A stretch of DNA of 64,000 bases, from the NCBI GenBank assembly GCA_963678065.2, contig CAXXVZ010000005.1:608001-672000 (forward strand), given 5' to 3'. The position numbers and the translations under genes were made by a program. This document shows positions 63,329 through 64,000 of the stretch, piece by piece. This stretch comes from Treponemataceae bacterium (lineage in GTDB: Bacteria > Spirochaetota > Spirochaetia > Treponematales > Rectinemataceae). The notes beneath the pieces were generated by a model, which made no database searches, was not told the origin of the DNA, and was given only the letters and a program-made list of their open reading frames with translations. Position 1 is the first letter of the stretch; each line of letters opens with the position of its first letter.

Positions 63329-64000
63329 ATGAGAAAGACAATATTATTTATTATCTCATGCTTTATGCTGCTGTACGGAGCCATCGCCCAGACGAATGAC
63401 GAAAAAGCGCGAACTGCGTACATGTCCGCCATGGAATTGGTAAAAAACGCGAAGCATACAGAGGCGATCGCAAAATTCGACGAGACAATCCGTCTCCTCG
63501 GATCAACGAATGTCAAAATCCAGCCACAGCTTATCCGCTCGCTCGTGGCGATCAAGGATTTCCAGCGAGCCCGCGCGGAAATCGATATTTTCTTCGGCCT
63601 GAAACCGAATAAGTCCCTCGCCGATTACGCCGAGATAACTACTCTGTGCGATTCGCTCGACGCGATCCTTGCCAAAGAAGAATTGGCGTATAGAGCGGCG
63701 ATGGCTCAGAATGACGACAACCTGTACGCCGAATACCTCTCCGCCTATCCTTTCGGGCACTATGTTGAAGATGCAAAACAGAAACGCGACGACGCGGCCT
63801 TCTCTCGCGCAGCGGTCGATGCCTCAAGGAATTCTCTGACAGGGTATCTCGCAGCCTATCCTGCCGGTCTTCACGCACAGGAGGCGAAGGACAAAATCAC
63901 GGCCATTGAAAACGCCGCCTTCGATCGCGCCTCGGCTGAGAATACGTCCGTCGCGTGGGAGTTGTATATCAGGGAATACGCCGGCGGGTCGAGAATCGAC
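63329..64000 (+). CDS. Exported helical-repeat protein; runs off the right edge and is absent from the ORF track
   Basis: AGGAGG RBS; MRKTILFIISCFMLLYGAIAQ signal peptide; TPR-like start; repeats YLSAYPFG, YLAAYPAG and YIREYAGG; open to the window end. Confidence 0.8.
   Translation, partial: MRKTILFIISCFMLLYGAIAQTNDEKARTAYMSAMELVKNAKHTEAIAKFDETIRLLGSTNVKIQPQLIRSLVAIKDFQRARAEIDIFFGLKPNKSLADYAEITTLCDSLDAILAKEELAYRAAMAQNDDNLYAEYLSAYPFGHYVEDAKQKRDDAAFSRAAVDASRNSLTGYLAAYPAGLHAQEAKDKITAIENAAFDRASAENTSVAWELYIREYAGGSRID

Overview
A GC-rich bacterial window that is almost entirely coding. I found no rRNA, tRNA, CRISPR array, transposase or phage gene. The gene mix suggests an anaerobic diderm, possibly a free-living spirochaete, but that is inference only. 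(1) 1-32.6 kb is a carbohydrate island centred on L-rhamnose or rare sugars: a YesMN-type two-component system with a sugar-binding partner, three ABC importers (CUT1, Opp-type, CUT2/RhaSTPQ-like), two rhaM paralogs, a GH106-like rhamnosidase, a fucose/arabinose-isomerase-family enzyme, two epimerases, two Zn dehydrogenases, a UroD-family protein, LacI and DeoR repressors, and two DeoR plus sugar-binding-domain fusion regulators. An identical 18-bp operator-like motif links two promoters 17 kb apart. (2) 32.8-38 kb holds a small lipoprotein with four putative flavinylation motifs, an FMN-binding-protein remnant, a divergent adhE, an EamA transporter and a LapA-like protein. (3) 38.2-45.2 kb has two tandem ggt paralogs, a DUF6305-like exported protein, a DctM-like permease, a hidden 50-aa membrane protein and an M14 deacylase. 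(4) 45.4-49.9 kb has GH51 abfA, an AraR-like regulator and a deletion-scarred SBP/GH127 chimera. (5) 49.9-59.5 kb has cadC-cadA and a trkA-trkA-smORF-trkH-OB-fold operon convergent with a kdpDE pair that lacks kdpFABC here. (6) 59.6-64 kb has a YG-motif lipoprotein coupled to a radical SAM/SPASM enzyme (candidate splicease system), a DUF6062-like protein, an EFR1-type ferredoxin and a partial exported repeat protein. Family assignments come from motif recognition by eye; no database search was run.
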